Shown here: positions 1-7,953 of the stretch, one piece after another | Layout of the letters: every line of letters begins with the position of its first letter | How positions within the stretch are numbered: the first letter of the stretch is position 1 | Origin: an uncultured Prevotella sp. | Lineage (GTDB): Bacteria; Bacteroidota; Bacteroidia; Bacteroidales; Bacteroidaceae | DNA: 64,000 nt | Reading direction: 5' to 3' | Assembly (NCBI GenBank): GCA_900543585.1 | Contig: UQRP01000009.1 | Span: 995 to 64,994 of the forward strand | Position numbers and translations under genes: made by a program | Notes under the pieces: generated by a model | What the model saw: the letters and a program-made list of their open reading frames with translations, nothing else | Databases searched by the model: none | Told to the model about the DNA's origin: nothing

Positions 1-264
1 CTGCATGAAGAGCATCCTGAGGTGAACATCATCTCCATCTCCTGCGACCGCAGTCTCACGGACTGGGCCCAGGCTATGGACGAGGAGAAGATGCCATGGG
101 CGCAAGCTGTGCTCTCTCCCGACAAGGTGAAGAACAAAGCTGCATCGGCAGCGTATCGCATCCAGTTCCTCCCTTACCTGATTATCATCAATCCGCAAGG
201 GAAAATCATCTATGCGACCAGCAGCGCCGATGAAGTCATTTCGAAGATAGCTGCCACACTCTGA
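1..264 (+). CDS. TlpA/AhpC-TSA thioredoxin-like protein, 3' part (runs off the window start)
   Basis: Frame is open from base 1 (LHEEHPEVNIISISCD...). 'IISISCD...W...Y.IQFLPYLIIINPQGKI' matches the C-terminal half of TlpA-like redoxins. Confidence 0.75.
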   Translation: MHEEHPEVNIISISCDRSLTDWAQAMDEEKMPWAQAVLSPDKVKNKAASAAYRIQFLPYLIIINPQGKIIYATSSADEVISKIAATL

Positions 265-269
265 GTGGC
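236..269 (+). repeat. 34-bp direct repeat, left copy (includes the stop codon of the redoxin gene)
   Basis: tcatttcgaagatagcTgccacactctgagtggc; 33/34 identical to 1429-1462. Confidence 0.95.
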
Positions 270-372
270 AGTTACCGGTTCACGATATATTTTCCGTGGG
301 GCGGATATTAGTCATAGTCTTTGGTTATAATCTTCATTAGGGGAAGGCATAGCTCAAGCCCAAATAGTTTAT

Positions 373-544
373 AACCAAAACCAATAAAACCTCTTTGTGT
401 CAGCGCCAAGGGCTTAGGCCCTTTGCCATTTGCTGTTTGAGGGCTCGTGAGAGGCTTTGCCTCTCATCGCCCTCAAACAGCAAATGGCAGATTCTCCTTC
501 GTCAAATCTTGGCGCTGACACAAAGAAAACCTTGAAAACAGGCT
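373..544. repeat. Long inverted repeat, left copy, with an internal hairpin at 392-526
   Basis: Reverse complement of 1184-1356 apart from about 5 substitutions and 1 indel. Nested internal stems: tctttgtgtcagcgccaag, tgccatttgctgtttgagggc and tgagaggc. Confidence 0.95.
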
Positions 545-678
545 GGCGCAGTGTATTCTTCAACACAAACAACGTTTACAAAGACACGCATATATGAAGC
601 GATAAAGTATTATTATTACAATACAATATTTCGGTATCTATTCAGTTCTCTTAATATGGAGAACTAAATCTATATGTA

Positions 679-1119
679 ATGATAGTACAAAGTGGCAAAG
701 AACAAATTAATCCAGAGCTTCTGATGAAGCTTAAACGTTACGTGTATCCTATATTGGGCTGCTGTCAGGAGGTTCATAGAGAGATGGGACCTTGGCTGAA
801 TGAATATATGTATCAGGATGCCTTAAAGATAGCTTTTGCTGATGCGGGTATTTCTTTTCAAGCAGAGTTCCGATTTTTTGTCAACTTCCATGGACATCAG
901 ATTCCTCACGAACATAAATTGGATTTTCTTGTTGAAGATCATGTTATTATAGAATGTAAGGCAATTACGGAGATTGGCACAGAGCAGCGTCAACAACTAT
1001 GGAATTATCTGCGCCTTACCAATTATCGAATAGGCATTCTTTATAACTTTGCACCAGTTAAAGACCAATGCGAGAAGTATTACTATAATCCCGATACGAA
1101 AAGTATCTTTGCATTCTGA
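679..1119 (+). CDS. GxxExxY protein (PD-(D/E)XK nuclease-like)
   Basis: 'EVHREMGPWLNEYMYQDAL' signature region, 'KLDFLVEDHVIIECKA' (D...ExK), 'QQLWNYL' (QxxxY) and 'GILYNF'. Confidence 0.85.
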   Translation: MIVQSGKEQINPELLMKLKRYVYPILGCCQEVHREMGPWLNEYMYQDALKIAFADAGISFQAEFRFFVNFHGHQIPHEHKLDFLVEDHVIIECKAITEIGTEQRQQLWNYLRLTNYRIGILYNFAPVKDQCEKYYYNPDTKSIFAF

Positions 1120-1183
1120 ATTATCAAGGAGGCAATCGGGTATAATCACCGAAGTGACCAATGGCTTTTCCTGTCACCGCGAT

Positions 1184-1356
1184 AGCCTGTTTTCAAGGTT
1201 TTCTTTGTGTCAGCGCCAAGATTCGACGAAGGAGAATCTGCCATTCGCTGTTTGAGGGCGATGAGAGGCAAAGCCTCTCACGAGCCCCTCAAACAGCAAA
1301 TGGCAAAGGGTCTAAGCCCTTGGCGCTGACACAAAGAGGTTTTCCTGGTTTTGGTT
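1184..1356. repeat. Long inverted repeat, right copy, with an internal hairpin at 1202-1337
   Basis: Reverse complement of 373-544. Confidence 0.95.
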
Positions 1357-1428
1357 GGAAAATCTATCGTTTTTTAACTGCTGAGTATCATTGAATGTAG
1401 TACAGGGTTTATCCGATGCGCCCACTTA

Positions 1429-1462
1429 TCATTTCGAAGATAGCAGCCACACTCTGAGTGGC
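1429..1462 (+). repeat. 34-bp direct repeat, right copy
   Basis: tcatttcgaagatagcAgccacactctgagtggc, followed 1 bp later by the stop codon of the convergent gene at 1464. Confidence 0.95.
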
Positions 1463-1463
1463 T

Positions 1464-1973
1464 CTATTCTTCTGAGGCCTGATACCATGTTTTGATTTCA
1501 GCATAGTGACGGGCAAAGTCCACAGCCTGGTCTTTGCCCGCTTTCTTTACGCATTTAGCCGGTATTCCAGCCCAAATCTCATAAGGCGGCACCTTCGTAT
1601 CGTGGAGGACGACAGCGCCGGCAGCAATGATGGCGCCCTCACCAATCTCAGCGTTGTCGAGAACGGTGGCGTTCATCCCTATCAGCGCACCGTCGTGAAT
1701 GGTGCAGGCGTGGACAACGGCACCATGGCCGATGCTCACATCATTGCCTATGACGACAGGCGAGCCCCCGGTCTGATGAAGGCAGGCGCAGTCCTGGACA
1801 TTGACGCGGTCGCCCATGACGATGGCGTCGACATCAGCGCGCAGAACGGCGGAGAACCACACCGAGCAGTCGTCACCCATAACAATATCGCCGGCAAGCG
1901 TAGCGTTGTCGGCGAGATAGCAGTGAGCGCCCACACGGGGCGTCTTACCTTTTACTGTAACGATGGTGGCCAT
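1464..1973 (-). CDS. Gamma-carbonic anhydrase family (hexapeptide-repeat) protein
   Basis: 'VWFSAVLRAD...NVQD..CLH...IGHGAVVHACTI' motif with hexapeptide repeats. Confidence 0.9.
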   Translation of the reverse strand: MATIVTVKGKTPRVGAHCYLADNATLAGDIVMGDDCSVWFSAVLRADVDAIVMGDRVNVQDCACLHQTGGSPVVIGNDVSIGHGAVVHACTIHDGALIGMNATVLDNAEIGEGAIIAAGAVVLHDTKVPPYEIWAGIPAKCVKKAGKDQAVDFARHYAEIKTWYQASEE

Positions 1974-1978
1974 AAGCC

Positions 1979-2185
1979 TTAGATAGCGTTGTAGCCGCGT
2001 GTGGAGTTCTCCTTCATGATGTCGCGGATATTCTTCTCCACATAAGGACCATCGTGATGGGCAGTAGGATCTGCATGGTGGGGAACATCCTCAACATAAT
2101 TGAAGTTCTTGTAATGCAGCTCACCAAGGCCCCAGAGAAGGCAGGCCACGATGAGGAAAAGAATCAATGCGAATGCTATATTCAT
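1979..2185 (-). CDS. Small hypothetical membrane protein
   Basis: 68 aa with an N-terminal hydrophobic helix, 5 bp upstream of the co-directional gene; a TAnnTTTG box lies upstream on the minus strand. Confidence 0.65.
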   Translation of the reverse strand: MNIAFALILFLIVACLLWGLGELHYKNFNYVEDVPHHADPTAHHDGPYVEKNIRDIMKENSTRGYNAI

Positions 2186-2303
2186 TGTATTACCGGTAAT
2201 GATTTATAATTTTCGGCAAAGTTACCAAATTTCCCCCAAAGACATCACCGTTTGGCCTCTTTTTTTGCTAATTTTGCAGCATAAAAATCAATATCGCACA
2301 ATT

Positions 2304-3137
2304 ATGGCAATGGGAAAATGGATTGGCGGCTTCTTGGGCATGATGGTGGCAGGACCTCTTGGCGCCATCGCCGGCTTCGTCTTAGGCTCGCTCTTCGACA
2401 AGGGCTCGTCAGAAAACCAGCAGTTTATCGACAACGACAACTATAATAGCAATGGCACCTACGGCAGCAGCTATGGCAGTGGCCCTTATGGCGGCTATCA
2501 GACGCAGCAGCAGATGTATGAGGGTCAGCGCAACACCTTTCGTTTCTCCCTCCTTGTCTTAGCTTCCTACATCATCCGCGCCGACGGCAAGGTGATGCAC
2601 TCTGAGATGAACCTTGTCAGACAGTGGCTGCGCGTCAACTTCGGCGAAGCTTCCGTCAGCGAGGGTGAGGAAATCATGAAGCGGCTCTTCAACGAGCAGA
2701 AACGCCTCGGCATGCCGGAGTTCCGCACGGCGGTGCTCAGCAGCTGCCGACAGCTCCGACAGATTATGCCCTATGAGCAACGCCTGCAGCTCCTCAGCTT
2801 CCTGGTGAATATCGCCCAGGCCGACGGCATGGTCGTGGCGGAGGAAGTCAGCGCTCTCAGAGAGATAGCCACCGACCTCGGACTCTCGGAAGCCGACCTC
2901 GACAGCATGCTCAACCTCCATGATGCCTCGTCGAATCTCGACGCTGCCTATAAGGTGCTCGGTGTGGCGCCTACAGCTACCGACGACGAGATTAAGGCGG
3001 CTTACCGCAAACTGGCTCTGAAGAACCACCCAGACCGCGTGGCAAGTTTGGGCGAGGACGTGCGCAAAGCCGCTGAGAAGAAATTCCAGGAGATTAATGC
3101 CGCCATGGAGACGGTGAAGAAGGCAAGGGGAATGTAA
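2304..3137 (+). CDS. DjlA-like co-chaperone (TerB-like domain plus C-terminal J domain)
   Basis: N-terminal 'GKWIGGFLG...GPLGA' membrane anchor, two 'ADG' TerB motifs, and a J domain with HPD. Start moved to the ATG after the TAATTTTG box. Confidence 0.85.
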   Translation: MAMGKWIGGFLGMMVAGPLGAIAGFVLGSLFDKGSSENQQFIDNDNYNSNGTYGSSYGSGPYGGYQTQQQMYEGQRNTFRFSLLVLASYIIRADGKVMHSEMNLVRQWLRVNFGEASVSEGEEIMKRLFNEQKRLGMPEFRTAVLSSCRQLRQIMPYEQRLQLLSFLVNIAQADGMVVAEEVSALREIATDLGLSEADLDSMLNLHDASSNLDAAYKVLGVAPTATDDEIKAAYRKLALKNHPDRVASLGEDVRKAAEKKFQEINAAMETVKKARGM

Positions 3138-3140
3138 CAC

Positions 3141-3190
3141 ATTAGAGAAGCCCGGAAGTCCAGAAGTCAGGACTCCCGGGCTTCTCTAAT
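3141..3190. terminator. Hairpin between convergent genes, containing GAAGTCC heptamers
   Basis: attagagaagcccgg ... ccgggcttctctaat, a 15-bp perfect stem. Confidence 0.7.
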
Positions 3191-3223
3191 TCTGATACAC
3201 CCTTAATCTTTACTTACAAACAG

Positions 3224-4051
3224 TTACTCGTCAGTTTCTGTCTTCTTCTTTCTGACCGTGCGCTTACGCTTCGGCTTAACCTCCTCCGGTGTCTCGGTCT
3301 TGACACCAGCCAACTCCGGGTCGATGAGGATACGGCCGCAGTATTCGCAGACGATAATCTTCTTGTGCATCTTGATGTCGAGCTGACGCTGTGGCGGAAT
3401 CTTGTTGAAGCAACCACCGCAGGCATCACGCTGCACGTAGACGATGCCGAAACCATTGCGGGCACCCTTGCGGATGCGCTTGAAGCTGGCCAACAGACGC
3501 GGCTCAATGCGCGTCTCAAGCTCTTTGGCACGCTCCTTGAGCTCAGCCTCAGCGTCGCGGGTCTCCTGAAGGATGTCGTCAAGCTCGCTCCGCTTGTCCA
3601 CAAGGTCAGCCTGACGCTCCTGGATGCCAGTCTGAGCCTGCTGAAGGTCGCTCTGACGCTCGGCAATCTTCTGGTTGGCTTCCTTAATCTTCTTGTTGGC
3701 AAGCTCTATCTCCAACGTCTGGAACTCTATCTCCTTGGACAGAGTGTCATACTCGCGGTTGTTGCGCACGGAGTCGAGCTGAGACTTATATTTCTCCACG
3801 CTCTGCTGAGCCTGCTCTATCTCGTTACGCTTCTGGGCGATAGCCGACTGATAGTCGTTGATTTCGTCCTGTATCTTCTGCAGACGGGTGTTGAGACCCT
3901 CTATCTCGTCCTCCAAATCCTGAACCTCCAAGGGAAGTTCACCACGAAGGGCACGCTTCTCGTCAATAGCTGACAGAGTCTTCTGAAGCTCATAGAGGTT
4001 GCTGAGCTTCTCTTCAACAGTCATTTCTGACGGATCTTTCTTTGTTGACAT
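3224..4051 (-). CDS. Coiled-coil protein with C4 zinc ribbon (HP0958/CT398-like)
   Basis: Long coiled coil followed by CGGC...CEYCGRIL; adjacent to Nif3 as is typical. Confidence 0.85.
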   Translation of the reverse strand: MSTKKDPSEMTVEEKLSNLYELQKTLSAIDEKRALRGELPLEVQDLEDEIEGLNTRLQKIQDEINDYQSAIAQKRNEIEQAQQSVEKYKSQLDSVRNNREYDTLSKEIEFQTLEIELANKKIKEANQKIAERQSDLQQAQTGIQERQADLVDKRSELDDILQETRDAEAELKERAKELETRIEPRLLASFKRIRKGARNGFGIVYVQRDACGGCFNKIPPQRQLDIKMHKKIIVCEYCGRILIDPELAGVKTETPEEVKPKRKRTVRKKKTETDE

Positions 4052-4117
4052 ATCTATTGTGTTTTAATATTTTCTTACGTCTACTTTATTTCCAGTATTT
4101 TCTATACGTCTACTTTG

Positions 4118-4906
4118 TTACCAGTAGAGAATGGGGTTGGTGTTTATCTCCGACAGTACGCACCTCACGCCCGGGCACTCCCGCGCGATGATGTCGCGGA
4201 AGATCTCTTTCGTGAACTGCTCGCTCTGATAGTGGCCGAGGACGGCAATCTGTATCACCTGCTCATAACCGAAATACTGATGATAATGCATCTCACCGGT
4301 GATGAAAGCGTCAGCTCCGGCCCTCATGGCATCGGGAAGGAGAAAGTCGCCGGCACCACCACACAAAGCTACGGTCTTGATGGGTCGGCGCAGCAGCTCA
4401 TTGGTCATCACGCACTCCACATCGAAGCGCTCCTTGATAAGAGCAACGAAATCGTCGGCGGCCATAGCCTCGGAGAAAGCACCGATGACGCCCTCGCCAC
4501 CTTTCACGCCGTCCACTTCTTGCATCTTGCCAAAGAAGCGAGGGGTTGAGAGCCCTAACTTCTCAGCGATTTTGAAGTTGACACCACCCAAGGCTGCATC
4601 CATATTGGTATGCATAGCCACAATGGCGACATCATGCTTCACAGCTTTCCTCACCGTGCGCTGCACATAGTCCTCATCAGACAGACGCCGCAGCTTATGG
4701 AATATCAGCGGATGATGGCTCACGATGAGGTTGCAGCCATTGGCAACAGCCTCGTCGATAATATCCTCAGTAACGTCAAGACACAATAATGCCCCTGAGA
4801 CCTCGGCCTCTGTCAATCCCACTTGCAGACCGGCATTATCATAGTCTTCCTGCAGGGGCAGAGGCGCGAAACGTTCAAGGGCATTCACCACTTCTATTAT
4901 TTTCAC
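4118..4906 (-). CDS. Nif3-like dinuclear metal protein (YbgI family)
   Basis: 'DNAGLQVG', 'SHHPLIF', 'HTNMD', 'ITGE' and 'GHYQSE' motifs. Confidence 0.9.
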   Translation of the reverse strand: MKIIEVVNALERFAPLPLQEDYDNAGLQVGLTEAEVSGALLCLDVTEDIIDEAVANGCNLIVSHHPLIFHKLRRLSDEDYVQRTVRKAVKHDVAIVAMHTNMDAALGGVNFKIAEKLGLSTPRFFGKMQEVDGVKGGEGVIGAFSEAMAADDFVALIKERFDVECVMTNELLRRPIKTVALCGGAGDFLLPDAMRAGADAFITGEMHYHQYFGYEQVIQIAVLGHYQSEQFTKEIFRDIIARECPGVRCVLSEINTNPILYW

Positions 4907-5093
4907 GCTTTAAAAACGAATTTGGCGCAAAGGTAAGGAAAAATTCCGCCATTAGCAAGACTTTCCTTATTATTTATTTTACCTTAACATACACACAAGC
5001 CTTTTTGGGGGAAACAGCGCGTAAAATGTGGCATTCCCTGACTTGTATAAACGTTAAAGGTGCAGATGTCAGCCTCCCCTTCCGGCGATGTGC

Positions 5094-5220
5094 GGCGAAT
5101 GCCAACGAAGTCCGTGGCATATGCCAGCGAAGTCCGTGGCATATGCCAGCGAAGTCCGTGGCAAATGCCAGCGAAGTCCGTGGCATATGCCAAAGAAGTC
5201 CATGGCAAATGCCAAAGAAG
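5094..5220. repeat. 22-bp tandem array with palindromic GGCATATGCC core (6 cores)
   Basis: Unit atgccagcgaagtccgtggcat; cores at 5094, 5116, 5138, 5160, 5182 and 5204. Confidence 0.9.
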
Positions 5221-5222
5221 TG

Positions 5223-6512
5223 TCATTCGATGCCATAGTCTTTGTCTATCTTGACAAAGGCAGCCACGGCAAAGGTGACAACGCAAGAGAGCAGGACGAA
5301 GATGAAGAAATGGCGGTAGCCAAGCATCTCCTGCAAGCCTCCGGCAATAAGCCCGGGCAACATCAGTGAGAGCGTCATCAGCGCCGAAGCCAACGCATAA
5401 TGACTTGTGCGGAACTCCCCACGGTTGTAATAGATGAGATACAGCATGTAGGCCGTCAGTCCGAAGCCAAAACCGAACTGCTCAGCAAAGACGCAGCAGT
5501 TCACTACCGTCAAGCTCTCGGGCAATGCGTAGCTGAGATAGACATAGACGATGTCGGGCAGCGTATAGGCGCAGACCATCGGCCACAGCCACTTCCGCAG
5601 ACCGCCACGGCTCACCACCACTCCACCGAGGATACTGCCCAATGCCACTCCGATCATGCCGACCGTGCCCTGGACAAAGCCATATTCCTGAGGGGAGAGT
5701 CCAAGACCACCATTGTGGCCCGCATCGATGAGGAAGAGTGCGGTCACCTTACTCAACAGAGCCTCGGGGAAGCGGAAGAGCATGATGAACAACATCGCCG
5801 CAACGATGCCCCGCTTGCTGAAGAAGGTATGGAAAGTGAGCAGAAATCCTTTCCATATCGAGCTGACGCTGACGTAGGGCCGCTGCTTGTCGGGTAAAGG
5901 ATAAGGCAGCGCATAACCATGCCACAGCCATAGCGCGATGAAGAGTCCGGCCACACCATAGAAAGCCAGACTCCAGGAATAGCTGATGCTACCCCGGAAG
6001 ATGACCTGTAAATTGCCAGCTATCATCACGAGGACACCCTGACCGAAGATGGTGGCAAGGCGGTCGGCAAGAGAGCGGATGCCCATGAACAGCGCTTGCT
6101 GATGCTCGTTTAGGCCGAGGAGATAGAAGCCGTCGGCAGCCACACAATGTGAGGCACCGGTGAAGGCTACCACCCAAAAGAAGAAGAGGGTGCCCTGAAG
6201 CCAGAACGATGTAGGAATGGTGAAGGCCACTCCACCAAAGGCGGCACCCAACAGCAGCTCCATGGCGAGAACCCACCAGCGCTTGGTCTTCACCAAGTCG
6301 ATGAACGGACTCCATATCGGCTTCAATATCCAGGGGAGATACATCCAGGAGGTATAGAAGGTGATGGCGGTATTGCTCAGCCCCAACTGTTTATAGAGGA
6401 TGACAGAGACAGCCATGACAGTCACCAACGGCAGTCCGTCGCTGAAAGACAACGACGGCACCCAGTACCACGGATTTTTCGAATTTTCTATGTTGTTCTT
6501 GTTAATTACCAT
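5223..6512 (-). CDS. MFS transporter, AmpG-like
   Basis: About 12 TM helices; 'LPWILKPIWSPFID...RWW' and 'AADGFY' AmpG-type motifs. Confidence 0.8.
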   Translation of the reverse strand: MVINKNNIENSKNPWYWVPSLSFSDGLPLVTVMAVSVILYKQLGLSNTAITFYTSWMYLPWILKPIWSPFIDLVKTKRWWVLAMELLLGAAFGGVAFTIPTSFWLQGTLFFFWVVAFTGASHCVAADGFYLLGLNEHQQALFMGIRSLADRLATIFGQGVLVMIAGNLQVIFRGSISYSWSLAFYGVAGLFIALWLWHGYALPYPLPDKQRPYVSVSSIWKGFLLTFHTFFSKRGIVAAMLFIMLFRFPEALLSKVTALFLIDAGHNGGLGLSPQEYGFVQGTVGMIGVALGSILGGVVVSRGGLRKWLWPMVCAYTLPDIVYVYLSYALPESLTVVNCCVFAEQFGFGFGLTAYMLYLIYYNRGEFRTSHYALASALMTLSLMLPGLIAGGLQEMLGYRHFFIFVLLSCVVTFAVAAFVKIDKDYGIE

Positions 6513-7852
6513 ACTTTCTCTATCGTTGCCCCGGGATAATAATGTTTTAATATTTCATCATAGCCATAGCCTTTATCGCCCATGACAGCAGCGCCTATCT
6601 GGCAGAGTCCTACGCCATGGCCCCAACCGGCGCCAAAGATGTGGAAGTGGAGACGACCATCTCCGTCAACAGATTTTCGCACGACAAAAGCAGAGCTATA
6701 GAGATGGCTCTCCGACAGCGCACGTCTGATTTCCAACTCCTTGCCGATAATCATCGTAAGTTTCGTCCCTACAATCTTCAACTCGCAGATGCGTCCGCTC
6801 TTGCCTCGCTTCATCGGGATAAGGTCGAGGATATCGCCGTAGTCGACACCCGTCTTGCGCTTGACGAGTTCAGAGACAGTCTGTTGAGAATATTCCACCT
6901 GCCAGCGGTAGAAATCCGTGGTCTCCTGGTCATAGTTGTTCAGCACTTGTCCGAGGATACGCTTGTCGGTGGTGTTGCAGAAGCTCTCCGGGGCCGAGAG
7001 AATCCATTTCTCTGCTTCCTCTTCCTTGGTGAGGTCGGGGATAACCTCAGAAGCAGTGTCACCGATGCCTTTCAGATAGTCTTTGGGTGCATTCTCCCAA
7101 CAATATTGAAACTCCTCCATGGCTCCGCCACAGCATTTGGAGAAACGCGCGTCGCAGATTTCGCCTTTATAGGTCAGCACCTGCCCACGTGTGCAGGCGA
7201 TGGCTTCTGCCACATTCCGGCTCGTCTCCTTGGTGATACCCTGGTAGCGCTGACAGTGGTCGTCGGCACAGACATCGAAGAGTGTGTGGTCACTATGGTC
7301 ATACCATTTGATATATCGTCTCACGCCCGTAACTTTGTCGTCAGTGATAATTTCCGTTGGTTGATGGGCGTCCGTCGAAGACTGCATCTGCCGAAGCAAC
7401 CACGACCGCGAGATGACGGCATGCGCCTTGAGCAGCGGGAGATTGGACGTAGCGCTCATCTCACTGAAGATAACGCTCTCTAAGTATTTCTCTACCGGCA
7501 CCTCATTGATGGCCCAGATTCTGCTGATACCGTCCGTCTGCAAGCCGTCAACGCCAGGCTTGAGATGAAGGGCACCGAGAAACGACTGCGTCTCTTTGCG
7601 CTCCCAATGGAAGTTGACGCCGATGACAACATCCTTCAACGAGAAACTCGACGCTTCGTCTATCGGAATGAAGCGCAAATCGGTGTAAGCCTTGCCATTC
7701 CAATGCATGATACCATGGTCAAGAAAAGCACACTGCACGCCCCTAACCTCCTCGCCATTAACGGCAAAAAGACCATTGAGCGAGAAGTTGATGCGCTCGC
7801 CGCTGACAATGCCGACGCTGACAATTTGCTCCTCGTTGTATTCTGTTTTCAT
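6506..7852 (-). CDS. SpoIID/LytB domain protein
   Basis: 'INEVPVEKYLESVI.SEM', 'LKAHAVISRS', 'DVCADDHCQRYQG' and 'GWGHGVGLCQIGA'. Confidence 0.85.
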   Translation of the reverse strand: MKTEYNEEQIVSVGIVSGERINFSLNGLFAVNGEEVRGVQCAFLDHGIMHWNGKAYTDLRFIPIDEASSFSLKDVVIGVNFHWERKETQSFLGALHLKPGVDGLQTDGISRIWAINEVPVEKYLESVIFSEMSATSNLPLLKAHAVISRSWLLRQMQSSTDAHQPTEIITDDKVTGVRRYIKWYDHSDHTLFDVCADDHCQRYQGITKETSRNVAEAIACTRGQVLTYKGEICDARFSKCCGGAMEEFQYCWENAPKDYLKGIGDTASEVIPDLTKEEEAEKWILSAPESFCNTTDKRILGQVLNNYDQETTDFYRWQVEYSQQTVSELVKRKTGVDYGDILDLIPMKRGKSGRICELKIVGTKLTMIIGKELEIRRALSESHLYSSAFVVRKSVDGDGRLHFHIFGAGWGHGVGLCQIGAAVMGDKGYGYDEILKHYYPGATIEKVW

Positions 7853-7953
7853 CGTAGTATTAATGGGTCGTTGACAATTTATCTGTGCAAAGTTAGCGAT
7901 TTTAGGACATTTACCACAATATTTATTGGAAAACTTTGTAACTTTGCATCAAT

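Larger units (their letters stand above)
236..1462. mobile_element. Putative ~1.2-kb insertion element: direct repeat, hairpin IR, GxxExxY gene, hairpin IR, direct repeat
   Basis: 34-bp direct repeats at 236-269 and 1429-1462, ~172-bp inverted repeats at 373-544 and 1184-1356, an AT-rich single-gene core, and a position between two convergent genes. Confidence 0.7.

Noticed and set aside
373..1356. Integron cassette (attC) interpretation of the hairpins around the GxxExxY gene
   Set aside because: The copies are inverted rather than direct, I see no RYYYAAC/GTTRRRY ends, and there is no integrase nearby.
1049..1394. ORFs 1049-1255 and 1161-1394
   Set aside because: They run through the palindromic repeat and have no protein-like features.
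5094..5220. CRISPR array interpretation of the 22-bp repeats (also 61799-61875)
   Set aside because: The period is only 22 bp, the linkers are ~11 nt and similar to each other, and no cas genes are present.
4789..5369. Several ORFs with repeated peptide motifs (e.g. SEVRGICQRSPW)
   Set aside because: These are translations of the 22-bp DNA repeat in multiple frames.
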